Shown here: positions 24,611 through 36,710 of the stretch, one piece after another
How the letters are laid out: each line of letters opens with the position of its first letter
How positions within the stretch are numbered: the stretch's first letter is position 1
Source: Macrostomum hystrix
Lineage: Eukaryota; Animalia; Platyhelminthes
Reading direction: 5' to 3'
Length of the DNA: 64,000 nucleotides
NCBI GenBank assembly: GCA_950097015.1
Contig: CATNEN010000025.1
Span: 8,618,001 to 8,682,000, forward strand
The notes under the pieces: generated by a model
What the model saw: only the letters and a program-made list of their open reading frames with translations
Database searches by the model: none
What the model was told of the DNA's origin: nothing
Program-made: the position numbers and the translations under genes

Positions 24611-25052
24611 CATCTAGGTGCAGTGAAATGGGACTACATCTAGGTGCAGTGAAATGGGACTACATCTAGGTGCAGTGAAATGGGAATACATCTAGGTGCA
24701 GTGAAATGGGACTACATCTAGGTGCAGTGAAATGGGACTACATCTAGGTGCAGTGAAATGGGACTACATCTAGGTGCAGTGAAATGGGAATACATCTAGG
24801 TGCAGTGAAATGGGACTACATCTAGGTGCAGTGAAATGGGACTACATCTAGGTGCAGTGAAATGGGAATACATCTAGGTGCAGTGAAATGGGACTACATC
24901 TAGGTGCAGTGAAATGGGACTACATCTAGGTGCAGTGAAATGGGAATACATCTAGGTGCAGTGAAATGGGACTACATCTAGGTGCAGTGAAATGGGACTA
25001 CATCTAGGTGCAGTGAAATGGGACTACCTGTAAGTGCAGTAAAATGGGACTA
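24611..25052. repeat. 26-bp minisatellite CATCTAGGTGCAGTGAAATGGGA(C/A)TA
   Basis: 16 full units plus 1 degenerate unit; the A variant is at units 3, 7, 10 and 13. Confidence 0.95.
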
Positions 25053-25789
25053 CAAATTTCGTTATATTTCGTTACTACGAGTAACGAAATATTCGTACTA
25101 CAAAATATAAGTAGTCAACGCGTTACTTTGAAAAGCAGTAATCAATGCACAAAAGAATAGCTAAAGTCCGTAAAAATTTCGAATCACGATCGAGGAGCAA
25201 CTCAAGTATAGAATAGATAAGCAATGGGTTTTATAAGAAAGTTTTATTGTCCGTTCAGCATCAGTTGAGTGGCTCATTGCACTCTGACTAAATAGCAAAA
25301 ATATAACTGTAAGCACAAGAAAGTACAAATACGAGTACATATTGTTACTAGGCAAGCTCTGGGAGATATTGCAAACTATCGGATAAATTGCACTTCCTAT
25401 TGAGTTAGCAAATATAAACATAAATACTCATAGTAGTAGAGTCCCAATATGCACATCTGAAACCAGCCGTGCATTCATTATGCCCATTTAGTCCAAATAG
25501 AATAACTTCAAGTCAGCGGAGCTGAAAAAGCCGGAAAAATACAAAGAATATAATCGCCTTGTAATACTCAATAGAGATAAAGGCTAGATTTCTTTTTGGT
25601 GTACATTTTAGATCCTAAAAATTAAAACGCAATTGTTTATTGCAGGAAATTAAAAGACAAGCAACATTTTTAGAAAAAAAAACTGCACAAATAGTTGTAG
25701 ATGTTGCTGGGAAAAGTAGAGACTTATAAATAATTCAAACATAAAATACGCAAATGTAACAACGATACCTATTCGTCTAGCTTAATAAC

Positions 25790-27675
25790 TAATCCTGCTG
25801 CGATTCTAGCTTCGATACTGATCCTCCTGCTGCGATTCCAGCTTAGATACTGATATTGCTGCGATTCTAGCTTAGATACTGATCTTGCTGCGATTCTAGC
25901 TTAGATACTGATCCTGCTGCGATTCCAGCTTAGATACTGATCCTCCTGCTGCGATTCTAGCTTAGATACTGATATTGCTGCGATTCTAGCTTAGATACTG
26001 ATCCTCCTGCTGCGATTCCAGCTTAGATACTGATATTGCTGCGATTCTAGCTTAGATACTGATCTTGCTGCGATTCTAGCTTAGATACTGATCCTGCTGC
26101 GATTCCAGCTTAGATACTGATCCTCCTGCTGCGATTCTAGCTTAGATACTGATCTTGCTGCAATTCTAGCTTAGATACTGATCCTGCTGCGATTCTAGCT
26201 TAGATACCGATCCTCCTGCTGCGATTCCAGCTTAGATACTGATCTTGATGCGATTCTAGCTTAGATACTGATCCTCCTGCTGCGATTCTAGCTTAGATAC
26301 TGATCCTCCTGCTGCGATTCCAGCTTAGATACTGATCCTCCTGCTGCGATTCTAGCTTAGATACTGATCTTGCTGCGATTCTAGCTTAGATACTGATCGT
26401 GCTGCGATTCTAGCTTAGATACTGATATTGCTGCGATTCTAGCTTAGATACTGATCCTCCTGCTGCGATTCCAGCTTAGATACTGATATTGCTGCGATTC
26501 TAGCTTAGATACTGATCTTGCTGCGATTCTAGCTTAGATACTGATCCTGCTGCGATTCCAGCTTAGATACTGATCCTCCTGCTGCGATTCTAGCTTAGAT
26601 ACTGATCTTGCTGCAATTCTAGCTTAGATACTGATCCTGCTGCGATTCTAGCTTAGATACCGATCCTCCTGCTGCGATTCCAGCTTAGATACTGATCTTG
26701 ATGCGATTCTAGCTTAGATACTGATCCTCCTGCTGCGATTCTAGCTTAGATACCGATCCTCCTGCTGCGATTCCAGCTTAGATACTGATCTTGATGCGAT
26801 TCTAGCTTAGATACTGATATTGCTGCGATTCTAGCTTAGATACTGATCCTCCTGCTGCGATTCCAGCTTAGATACTGATCCTCCTGCTGCGATTCCAGCT
26901 TAGATACTGATCCCCCTGCTGCGATTCCAGTTTAGATACTGATCCTCCTGCTGCGATTCTAGCTTAGATACTGATATTGCTGCGATTCTAGCTTAGATAC
27001 TGATCCTCCTGCTGCGATTCCAGCTTAGATACTGATCCTCCTGCTGCGATTCCAGCTTAGATACTGATCCTCCTGCTGCGATTCCAGCTTAGATACTGAT
27101 CCTCCTGCTGCGATTCCAGCTTAGATACTGATCCTCCTGCTGCGATTCCAGCTTAGATACTGATCCTCCTGCTGCGATTCCAGCTTAGATACTGATCCTC
27201 CTGCTGCGATTCCAGTTTAGATACTGATCCTCCTGCTGCGATTCTAGCTTAGATACTGATCTTGCTGCGATTCTAGCTTAGATACTGATCCTGCTGCGAT
27301 TCTAGCTTAGATACTGATCCTGCTGCGATTCTAGCTTAGATACTGATCCTCCTGCTGCGATTCCAGTTTAGATACTGATCCTCCTGCTGCGATTCTAGCT
27401 TAGATACTGATCTTGCTGCGATTCTAGCTTAGATACTGATCCTGCTGCGATTCTAGCTTAGATACTGATCCTCCTGCTGCGATTCTAGCTTAGATACTGA
27501 TCTTGCTGCGATTCTAGCTTAGATACTGATCCTGCTGCGATTCTAGCTTATACTGATCGTGCTGCGATTCTATAATAGCTAAGATACTGATCCTGCTGCG
27601 ATTCTAGCGTAGATACTGATCCTGCTGCGATTCTATAATAGCTAAGATACGGATCCTGCTGCGATTCTAGCTACG
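25790..27675. repeat. 29-32-bp minisatellite GCTGCGATT(C)TAGCTTAGATACTGATCCT(CCT)
   Basis: About 1.9-kb array with a few recurring linker variants. Confidence 0.95.
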
Positions 27676-28079
27676 GTCCCTTCTACGATGATTCTAGCAA
27701 AGTTTAAAATGAAACATAAGCCACAGTGATAAACGACAAAGGTAAGAGGACAAAGACAGAACACACACAGTAAAACTAAAGCAGATTAATTATCAAGCCA
27801 TTGAATTGATTACAAAATTTCTGCCTTGAAGCAGATACCGCCAAGTTGCTGATGCACAAGTTTAAGCTTGAGGTTTCACAAAAACTGTAAATTTCTGAAT
27901 CGGTTTCTGATTCTCGAATATTTCATAAATAAAAAGCTTCCATATTTAACTTTCTTAAACTTGCATGTAGAAATTCATTTAACTGGGCCAAAAAATGTGA
28001 AGAAATTGTAATATAAATACTATTCACAATTCGTATACATATATATTCACAATCACAATTTAATTCGTACCCTAAATCC

Positions 28080-28455
28080 GGGTAACCTCTTGCCCCACAT
28101 CCGGCTTACCTGGTGCCCTACATCCGGCTAACCCGGTTCCCTACATCCGACTTACGTGGTGCCCTACATCAGGCTTACCTGGTTCCCTACATCCGGCTTA
28201 CCTGGTTCCCTACATCCGGCTTACCTGGTTCCCTACATCCGGCTTAACTGGTTCCCTACATCCGGCTTACCTGGTGCCCTACATCCGGCTTACGTGGTGC
28301 CCTACATCAGGCTTACGTGGTGCCCTACATCAGGCTTACGTGGTGCCCTACATCAGGCTTACGTGGTGCCCTACATCAGGCTTACCTGGTTCCCTACATC
28401 CGGCTTACCTGGTTCCCTACATCCGGCTTAACTGGCTCCCTACATCCGGCTAACC
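28080..28455. repeat. 23-bp minisatellite CTACATCCGGCTTACCTGGTTCC
   Basis: About 16 copies; explains ORF 28156-28431. Confidence 0.95.
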
Positions 28456-28635
28456 CTGTGCCGTCACATGCCTGACTGCTCACATAAAAAATGCTTTCGA
28501 CACAATCTCTTCGTTAAAATGGCATAAAAATAGTCAGCAAAAGTGTCGCCGGTCCGGTTTGAGTTCAGCGCAGACAGCATATCGAATACTAGCCGGGTTA
28601 CAGATAATCTCGCAATGTTCTCAGGTGGATTAATT

Positions 28636-31600
28636 TTATAGTCGCGTCTCGTGACCACCGGCTGGAAATCCGTCTGGCAATGGCAGGGCGGAGTAGCGGC
28701 TCCGACGATTGGACCGACGACCGTCGGCGCCGCTGCCGCCGCATAGGCAGCACACACAGAGCGACATGATGATTGACAGCAGCTGCGAAAATGAAAAAAA
28801 GTATTAACTTCGTTCTGTACTACTTATATTGACTGGTGCAGTAGACTGGTGCGGCGTCTTAGTAGTAAAATTTGTCTAGTTTTCCTATTTCTTTTCTACT
28901 CACCTCCAAAGCAGTCAAACCGACAGAGGCGAAAAGGCCGATGCGAATGAAGCGCCAAGCCGTTTCCACGACAACCGAACGGCAGCCCTAAGTGGGCAAG
29001 TATTTGCATGCATAATGAGTCACATAGACTCACACCTGACACCTGAGCTAGACTCATCTCACACCTGAGCTAGACTCATCTCACACCCGAGCTAGACTCA
29101 TCTCACACCTGAGCTAGACTCATCTCACACCTGAGCTAGACTCATCTCACACCTGAGCTAGACTCATCTCACACCTGAGCTAGACTCATCTCACACCTGA
29201 GCTAGACTCATCTCACACCTGAGCTAGACTCATCTCACACCTGAGCTAGACTCATCTCACACCTGAGCTAGACTCATCTCACACCTGAGCTAGACTCATC
29301 TCACACCTGAGCTAGACTCATCTCACACCCGAGCTAGACTCATCTCACACCTGAGCTAGACTCATCTCACACCCGAGCTAGACTCATCTCACACCTGAGC
29401 TAGACTCATCTCACACCCGAGCTAGACTCATCTCACACCCGAGCTAGACTCATCTCACACCTGAGCTAGACTCATCTCACACCTGAGCTAGACTCATCTC
29501 ACACCCGAGCTAGACTCATCTCACACCTGAGCTAGACTCATCTCACACCCGAGCTAGACTCATCTCACACCTGAGCTAGACTCATCTCACACCCGAGCTA
29601 GACTCATCTCACACCCGAGCTAGACTCATCTCACACCCGAGCTAGACTCATCTCACACCTGAGCTAGACTCATCTCACACCCGAGCTAGACTCATCTCAC
29701 ACCCGAGCTAGACTCATCTCACACCCGAGCTAGACTCATCTCACACCCGAGCTAGACTCATCTCACACCTGAGCTAGACTCATCACACACCCGAGCTAGA
29801 CTCATCTCACACCCGAGCTAGACTCATCTCACACCCGAGCTAGACTCATCTCACACCCGAGCTATACTCATTAAGCCAATCCAGCGGAGTCTCACCCTAT
29901 CGTAGGCCAGCTCAAACGGCAGACTATAAGGTTTCAGCTGACATTCGGCTGGCCCCAGCTTTTCAGCATTGCAACAGGACCAGGGAATCTGTGGGGTGTC
30001 GCCAACGCTGCTGCTTCTGTAGTCTCTGTATGACTGGCCACCGCAGCAGTATAGCTGAATGGATTGATTGGGTGCATTTGGAAAAATTGCAGAACACAAG
30101 TAGAGCTTCAATTAACAGTAGGACTACCAAGCCATTTTGCCGCCCGTTTTTTTACCCAGAAAATTTTTTTTGCTGCACCCGAACGGAACAATGCAATCAC
30201 ACGAAACTCAAGAACACGGGCCAACTTTTTGTTGCGCATCTTCTGAAACAAGAAACAAGTCGCCAGCTCTTCAGACCGTCGAGATATTCAATGTTTCTGG
30301 CCGAAGGTCCGATTTTTCCTATAAGAGCTAGTGTATTTCATACACCCCTATACACTAATTATTATTAATAACGCCCACTAACGCACTATAACAGCCTGAA
30401 GTACTGGGATATCAACTATTACTGTTAATAAAGGAATGCATCTAGAGCTGTTACTCACTCTCTTGTGAATAATGTCCATGAGCTCAGTGGAGTCAGCTTT
30501 GCCATTGTACTGGTAGCCTCGCTGCCAGCCATGAAATGTGTCGCCCATTTTCTCTTGAACTTCGCCTCAGTGCGGCCTTTCCAGACCTTCAAAATTGATC
30601 AGCATGTCACCCGAGTGTGCTTGCATCATCTCCGACTTCGGCGGTCACCGAACTTTATCTAGACGGAGCTGCTGGACCTTCAACAAGTGGCACCAGCCGA
30701 CTATGGAGTCCCTAAAGCGAATTTCTCTACTTTCGCTGATCAAGCCTCGACATTGGGCAACACTCAACTACTTTACATGCTCCTCTAGTCCGTCAACCAA
30801 TCAGTCACCACCCCGACGCCGTCAGCACCGTCAGCAGGGTGCCTCCAGCTGCCAATGGAGTCCCTAAAGCGAATTTTTCTACTTTCTCCAAAAAAGCCTC
30901 GATATTGGCCTAAACTCAACTATTACTTGTTTAAGGTCCAGCTGCTCCGTCTAGATAAAGGTAGATAACCGCCGAAGTCGGAGATAATGCAAACATATTC
31001 GGGTGACATGCTGATCAATTTTGAAGGCCTGGCAAGGCCGCACTGAGGCGCAGTGCAAATTCGTGTATAGGGGTGTATGAAATACACTAGCTCTTATGGG
31101 AAAAATCGGACCTTCGGCCAGAAACATTGAATATCTCGACGGTCTGAAGAGCTGGCGACTTGTTTCTTGTTTCAGAAGATGCGCAACAAAAGGTTGGCCC
31201 GTGTTCTTGAGTTTCGTGTGCTTGCATTGTTCCGTCCGGCTGCAGCAAAAAAAATTGTCAGGGGGGGAGGGAATTCCCCCCCCCTTGGTAGTTCTACTGT
31301 TAATAAAGGAATGCATCTAGAGCTGTTACTCACTCTCTTGTGAATAATGTCCATGAGCTCAGTGGAGTCAGCTTTGCCATTGTACTGGTAGCTTCGCTGC
31401 CAGCCATCAAATGTGTCGCCTATTTTCTCTTGAACCTAAAAGATAATAAATGATTATTGAATGAATGATAAGGTTATCAGCCCAATAACACAGCCTGAAG
31501 TACTGGGATATCAGCCCACTAACAGCCTGAAGTACTGGGATATCAGCCCACTAACAGCCTGAAGTACTGGGATATCAGCCCAAAAACAGCCTGAAGTACT

Positions 31601-32481
31601 GGGATATCAGCCCAATAACAGCCTGAAGTACTGGGATATCAGCACTCTAACAGCCTGAAGTACTGGGATATCAGCCCAATAACACAGCCTGAAGTACTGG
31701 GATATCAGCACTCTAACAGCCTGAAGTACTGGGATATCAGCACTCTAACAGCCTGAAGTACTGGGATATCAGCACTCTAACAGCCTGAAGTACTGGGATA
31801 TCAGCACTCTAACAGCCTGAAGTACTGGGATATCAGCCCAATAACACAGCCTGAAGTACTGGGATATCAGCCCAATAACACAGCCTGAAGTACTGGGATA
31901 TCAGCCCACTAACAGCCTGAAGTACTGGGATATCAGCCCACTAACAGCCTGAAGTACTGGGATATCACCCCAATAACAGCCTGAAGTACTGGGATATCAG
32001 CCCACTAACAGCCTGAAGTACTGGGATATCAGCCCACTAACAGCCTGAAGTACTGGGATATCAGCCCACTAACAGCCTGAAGTACTGGGATATCAGCCCA
32101 CTAACAGCCTGAAGTACTGGGATATCAGCTGACAGCTCACAAGTGCTGAAATTCCTACCTTCAGAATGGGTAAGTTTCGGATGGCATTATATAGATTAGT
32201 AAATAATAATTAATGAGTACACATACCTGTGAAGCATTAATTAACAAGGAAGCAGCCAGTGCCAGATGGCTAGCATATGTTACAATCAGAAATGTGATAT
32301 ATATGGCTTGTAGGCACTTTTTAGGCCAAGCAACAGAGCAGACACCCAACAGGCCTGTAATGCCAAGGCAAGCATGCAGTCCAATGCAGATGTATCCTGC
32401 AATTGCTGGAATGTCCTTGCCAAATGGTGGCTGAACAACCTGAATGTAGATCACTAGGCTGCATAGGCTGCCACCAACAAT
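28636..32481 (-). CDS. Tetraspanin; exons 32481-32227, 31435-31334, 30054-29896, 28987-28904, 28782-28636
   Basis: All junctions are GT-AG, phase 0. Protein: IVGGSLCSLVIYIQV (TM1 end), TM2-TM3 ..GLLGVCSVAWPKKCLQAIY.., EC2 VQEKIGDTFDGWQRSYQYNGKADSTELMDIIHKR-LYCCG...PWSCC...YDR-GC, TM4 GLFASVGLTALE-LLSIIMSLCVCCLC, tail ending ETRL*. CCG, PxSCC and GC are tetraspanin EC2 hallmarks. Confidence 0.88.
29030..29868. repeat. 22-bp minisatellite GAGCTAGACTCATCTCACACC(T/C), intronic
   Basis: About 38 copies filling tetraspanin intron 28988-29895. Confidence 0.95.
30116..31299. mobile_element. Foldback / long-TIR non-autonomous DNA element flanked by TTAA
   Basis: TTAA|CAGTAG(G/A)ACTACCAAG ... CTTGGTAGTTCTACTG|TTAA. 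Arms 30116-30357 plus 30563-30680 are the inverse of 30933-31299. The ~250-bp core contains a ~70-bp direct repeat. Confidence 0.8.
30420..30560 (-). pseudogene. Duplicated copy of tetraspanin exon 31334-31435 plus its downstream intron, lacking a usable acceptor
   Basis: 141 bp matching 31295-31435 with 3 substitutions in the exon (I>M, D>H, S>G). Confidence 0.85.
31490..32130. repeat. 32-34-bp minisatellite ACAGCCTGAAGTACTGGGATATCAGCCCACTA, intronic
   Basis: About 20 copies inside tetraspanin intron 31436-32226. Confidence 0.95.
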
Positions 32482-34157
32482 CTAAAGGAAAAGAGTGGTT
32501 TAATGGCCTATAAGAATTGAAAATCAAATTTTAACCAAGTACTCGAAAGACAAAAATACAAAAGCAGTTATTTCTGGAGCTATTAATTTTGTTATTATTA
32601 AATTTTACCGAAAATCTTAAAACATTATAAATTAAATTATTATGCATAAATCAGTGTTTTGTTGCAAAAGCTTTTTGGATTAATTATATAGATATATATT
32701 GCTAGCTATTGGTTTAGAGCAGTATTTTAAAAAAATAAAGTCCATCAAAAGCATAATTTAACAGCCAAGAATATAGACAACCAATTTCTTTCTATAAACT
32801 GTTTGGTAAACCCCAGAATCAGAATTGATTTTTCTAAAAAAAAATGTAAATCTTACCCAATTGTATTGAATTAACCAACAGATACCTTACAAACTTAAAT
32901 TAAAGATAAATTTGGATATTTGAAAATCATAAATGCATATTACAAAAAAAAATCATAATTACAAATCATAGCTACTCTTTAGTTCACAGAATTTTTCAAA
33001 TATATGCTACTCCATTTAATGTTTCAAATGTTTCAAACATGTCTTACATCCAAGCAGTGGTAAGGCATGAGACACGTTATTGTGCAATTGTGCAACTATG
33101 TGTGCTTGTTCTTTACCAGGCCTAAATAAGTAACTGCTCTTGAAAATTCTTGAATGTACTACAGTAACACGTTTGATGCAACAATTGAAATAATTCAATG
33201 AAATAATTCTCTATTACTCACTAAAGATGTATTTGACCAAAACACAATGAGCCTAATTTGTGTTAAAGAGTTTCATAGATAAAAAGCCTGGAACTGAAAC
33301 AAAATTTCTAGTTGAAAATACTAGAGTACTTTTACTTACCAAAAATATAATGTTAAAAATTGCCAAAAGAATGTGTGTAAGCTTAAGACACTTCTCTTTC
33401 ATTTTATATAAATATGTAATTATTGCTTGTCTATTGTTTGCTACGTCGGATACCCTTTAACTTGTTTCAACGTCGGTCTGCAGAACAATAAATCAATACA
33501 AGTTACACCTAACGGTAATGTGATATTTGCGTTATGCACTACAGCTTAGTTCAGTTCGGTTATCCATGGATGCACAATATTTAATTATATTTAAAGCGCA
33601 ACACTTCTCAATGATCACTATTAAATTCAATCTAATAGTGACCGTGAACATCTAGTGTTACTCTATAGTGTTAAATCTAAAGAAATGTATGCGGCTCCCC
33701 GATTTCTAGATATTTTCATTATTCAAATTTAGTGCCTTTTTATTTCTGCGTTCGGCATAAATCGTTTATGATTCCGGAATTTATAAAGCGATTTGCCTGA
33801 AATAGAGCTCTAACAGTAAAATTATCGACACGGAATACGCACTAGGCCTAACGAATACCAGGTCCAGACGGTTATTTTTAAATGGCAGTAGACAATGGCA
33901 ACTCGGAAGTTGTTCTGTATGTAGTTTACTAAAACTTTGAATGCAATACGAGCTGCTTTTCGCTTCTTTTTACTTTTATAACTTTTGGGCGATTAACATA
34001 CCTGCTGGATGAAATGGCAGGGCGGCAATGCAGCCGAATTTGTACCAAACAGTGACGTTATTCAAAGAAATTTTGACTGAATGAGTTCCTTAAGTGATAG
34101 AGTGAATTGGAGCAGACATTTACGCTACTAAGGAATTGGTAGTGGATAAAAACAAAC

Positions 34158-34256
34158 TAGAGTCACGAAAAAATAAAGTGCTGTGCAAACATTGCGAGTG
34201 TGTATATTTTGCTTTCTGGAGTTGATTTTTGTTCCGTAGCTGGTGCAGTTTCTCAT
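34158..34256 (-). CDS. Candidate first exon of the tetraspanin (MRNCTSYGTKINSRKQNIHTRNVCTALYFFVTL)
   Basis: 33 codons ending in a hydrophobic half-TM that would join IVGGSLCSLVIY in phase 0. The donor GTTTGT is weak; a TATA-like TTTATAAG lies about 85 bp upstream. Confidence 0.35.
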
Positions 34257-35668
34257 ATTTGGCTCGTAGTTTAATATTCAATAGATCGTGATGTCAATTA
34301 CACGTAATTAGCTCGTTTACAAATTGCTGATTATGGTCTTATAAATCCTCGATTATTATGCTTTGAATTAATTTGAACCAACCAAGCAGCATTTACAAAA
34401 ATTCTTGTTTTGCTAATAAATTGATATTTAATGCAATATGGTAATTACAATCGAAATTGTTAAAATTAACAATAATCCCCTATCAACTGAAATAAGCATC
34501 ATTACTTTCATCATCTCTGCTATAGGTCATGAGTTGTTTAATTACACGAGTGTCAAGAGGGACGCCGACACTCAAGACAGTGGACAGTTGAAGCATAGTT
34601 TTATCATGCATATATAAGAAATCACACGTTATTAAAGGAGCTCGGAAATCTCACACTGATTTCTGAAATGGCGTTCGTAATTTACGTATTTTTTCATGCT
34701 TTAATGGGCGCTATATTAGCCATATAAAAAAATCGCAACCCGGAAAAAATGTAGCACACAGCCACCGAGTATGTGGTAGAAGTTAATTGATGGATCCATA
34801 AAAACATGAAGAATTAAACATAATGGTTTCATTTATTAATGATTGTTAAAATGCTGGACGATGTAGAAGAATAATTATACTCGTATCCTATGTAATAAAT
34901 ATATGCATGTGGCTGTGTAAAGAAGGGTTACCGCTGCATTTAGGATATCCAATTTAATGAAGGGTAAGTCATGTAATGAAGAGTTGTAGGTGTGTTGTTT
35001 CTTGAGGGGTAAGCCAATATGTAATGAAGGGATGTAGGCCTAATTTTTTAAGAATTGGCCATGTAATGAAAGGCTTTCGGTGCATCGAATGCCTATACTG
35101 ATAAATGGCAACCCTTCTCCGGTAATCGTTACGACCTATAAAATGCACGAAGCACGAATCAAGTATTCCTAAATTTTCTGCTGCCAGTGAGTTCAGCTAA
35201 AGTTAAAACAACTCAGACTTTCTTTCTTTCCATTAATTTGCAGCTGGAGCTTTAAGAAATAAAAACTTGCATCCGATCCTTCATTGGAACTTTTGATTGC
35301 CATCTTGTTTGCTTTAGAAAAGTCAAACGCTCTTTCACTTTCTACAAGACGTTGTGGATACGACTTCAAGCTATCGTGTTTCCTCTTCGAATAGACCAAT
35401 GAAAAATTCTAAAGCTCCTGGTTTCAATAGCATCGTTTATTCTGGCCTGAATGGATTGCGATCGGCACTAAAGCGCTGGTTTGGCCCCTAGTTTAGGCAA
35501 ACAAGTGGTGGTCTGCTCAGTCCTAAACTTGAGCACGCTCGGATCCGGCAGAAAATTGCCCAGTCGGGGATCGTTTTACGCGTCTTTGAGCTGCATGGTT
35601 TAGCTGGTTCGAACCGTCCATTTTGCCTGCGTCATCATCTGAAATGCCGTTCGGACATTGCCCGCGAC

Positions 35669-36710
35669 TTGACTTACTTGACTTATCTGCAGGGTGCTCC
35701 GTACCGACGGACGCAGCGAGGAGGCGGAGGGGACCGCCCATTCCGCTAACCCCTGGCAAACCAGACGACCTCAGGAGAGGTGGTGTTGCTCAGGGTGGCC
35801 CGTCGGACTCGCCTGCAGCATGGTCCTCCGCACTGTCAGTGGGAAAGACGTTGGCTCGCCCCGTATCCCGGAGGTACCGGGCAAGCTGAGGGATGCTCTC
35901 GGGCCTGCAAGCATCGGAGAGAGTTGGGTTAGGCCCAAGGTGTTCAAGCCTTGCCCTGGTGAAAACTGGGCAGTGGCAGATAAAGTGTTCGGCGTTTTCA
36001 CTGCCCGAGCTACAGAATGTGCATTTGTCCTCCTGGAGCTGGCCCTGGAGAAAGCGGTGTCGAGAGAAACAGCCATGCCCTGAGAGGGCCATGCTGACTG
36101 CGCGGAGATCTCTGCGGTTCAGCCTTAGGAGGGCTTTGCGCAGGCGGTGAGACGGACATGGTGCCGCTGCCCTGGACTGCTTGCAGTTTTGGGTCTTGGT
36201 CCATCTGTCCAGGTGCTGTGCCTCCATCCAGCGTTTCAGCTTGATGTTTGTCACAGTGGCGGGGATAGGAGCGCCAGGTTCTGGCCCAGCCAGGGTGCTG
36301 GCTGCTCCAGCTTTTGCGAGCTGGTCCGCCATCTCATTCCCTGGGAAGCCAGCGTGACCTGGGATCCATTTGAGCTTGACCTCGTTGGCCCGCGCCAACT
36401 CGTTGAGCTGGGCGTTGCAGTCCAAGGTGGTCTTAGAGCAGGTGGTGCTTCGGTCGAGGGCCCGGAGGGCGGCTTGACTGTCGGAGTGGAAAAAGATCTT
36501 CCGGTCAGTGAGCCCCCTCTGGCGCATCTCTGCTGCACATGAACTGATGGCGAGCATCTCGTTCTGAAAAACGCTGGAGTTTTTCCCCGTGTGCTGGGAG
36601 TGAGTCCAGACGACCTCTCCTCCCTTGTAGATACAGGCTCCGTATCCTGAGATTCCGTTTATGAGGGAGCCGTCGGTATAACAGTGGATTTCAGAGTCGG
36701 TCCAGCTGTC
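35669..36710 (-). mobile_element. 5'-truncated RNase H-encoding LINE (I/R1/LOA-type) with 13-bp TSD
   Basis: RNase H motifs YTDGS, VFQNEMLAI, SDSQAAL, WIPGH..FPGNEMADQLAK; C-terminal CTFC...EHFICHC; 3' tail of AAGTC/AAGT repeats. CATTGCCCGCGAC is duplicated at 35656-35668 and 36711-36723. Confidence 0.9.

Noticed and set aside
31490-32130. CRISPR-like look: constant ~24-bp core with variable linkers (also 25790-27675)
   Set aside because: Linkers are only 5-10 bp, are recurring variants of one another rather than unique spacers, lie in eukaryotic intronic or intergenic DNA, and no cas genes are present.
2024-32130. Many minisatellite units contain short palindromes (TCATGA, GAATTC, AGCATGCT, AGTACT, GATATC)
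   Set aside because: 4-6-bp palindromes are expected at appreciable frequency in 20-30-bp units, and several arrays have none.
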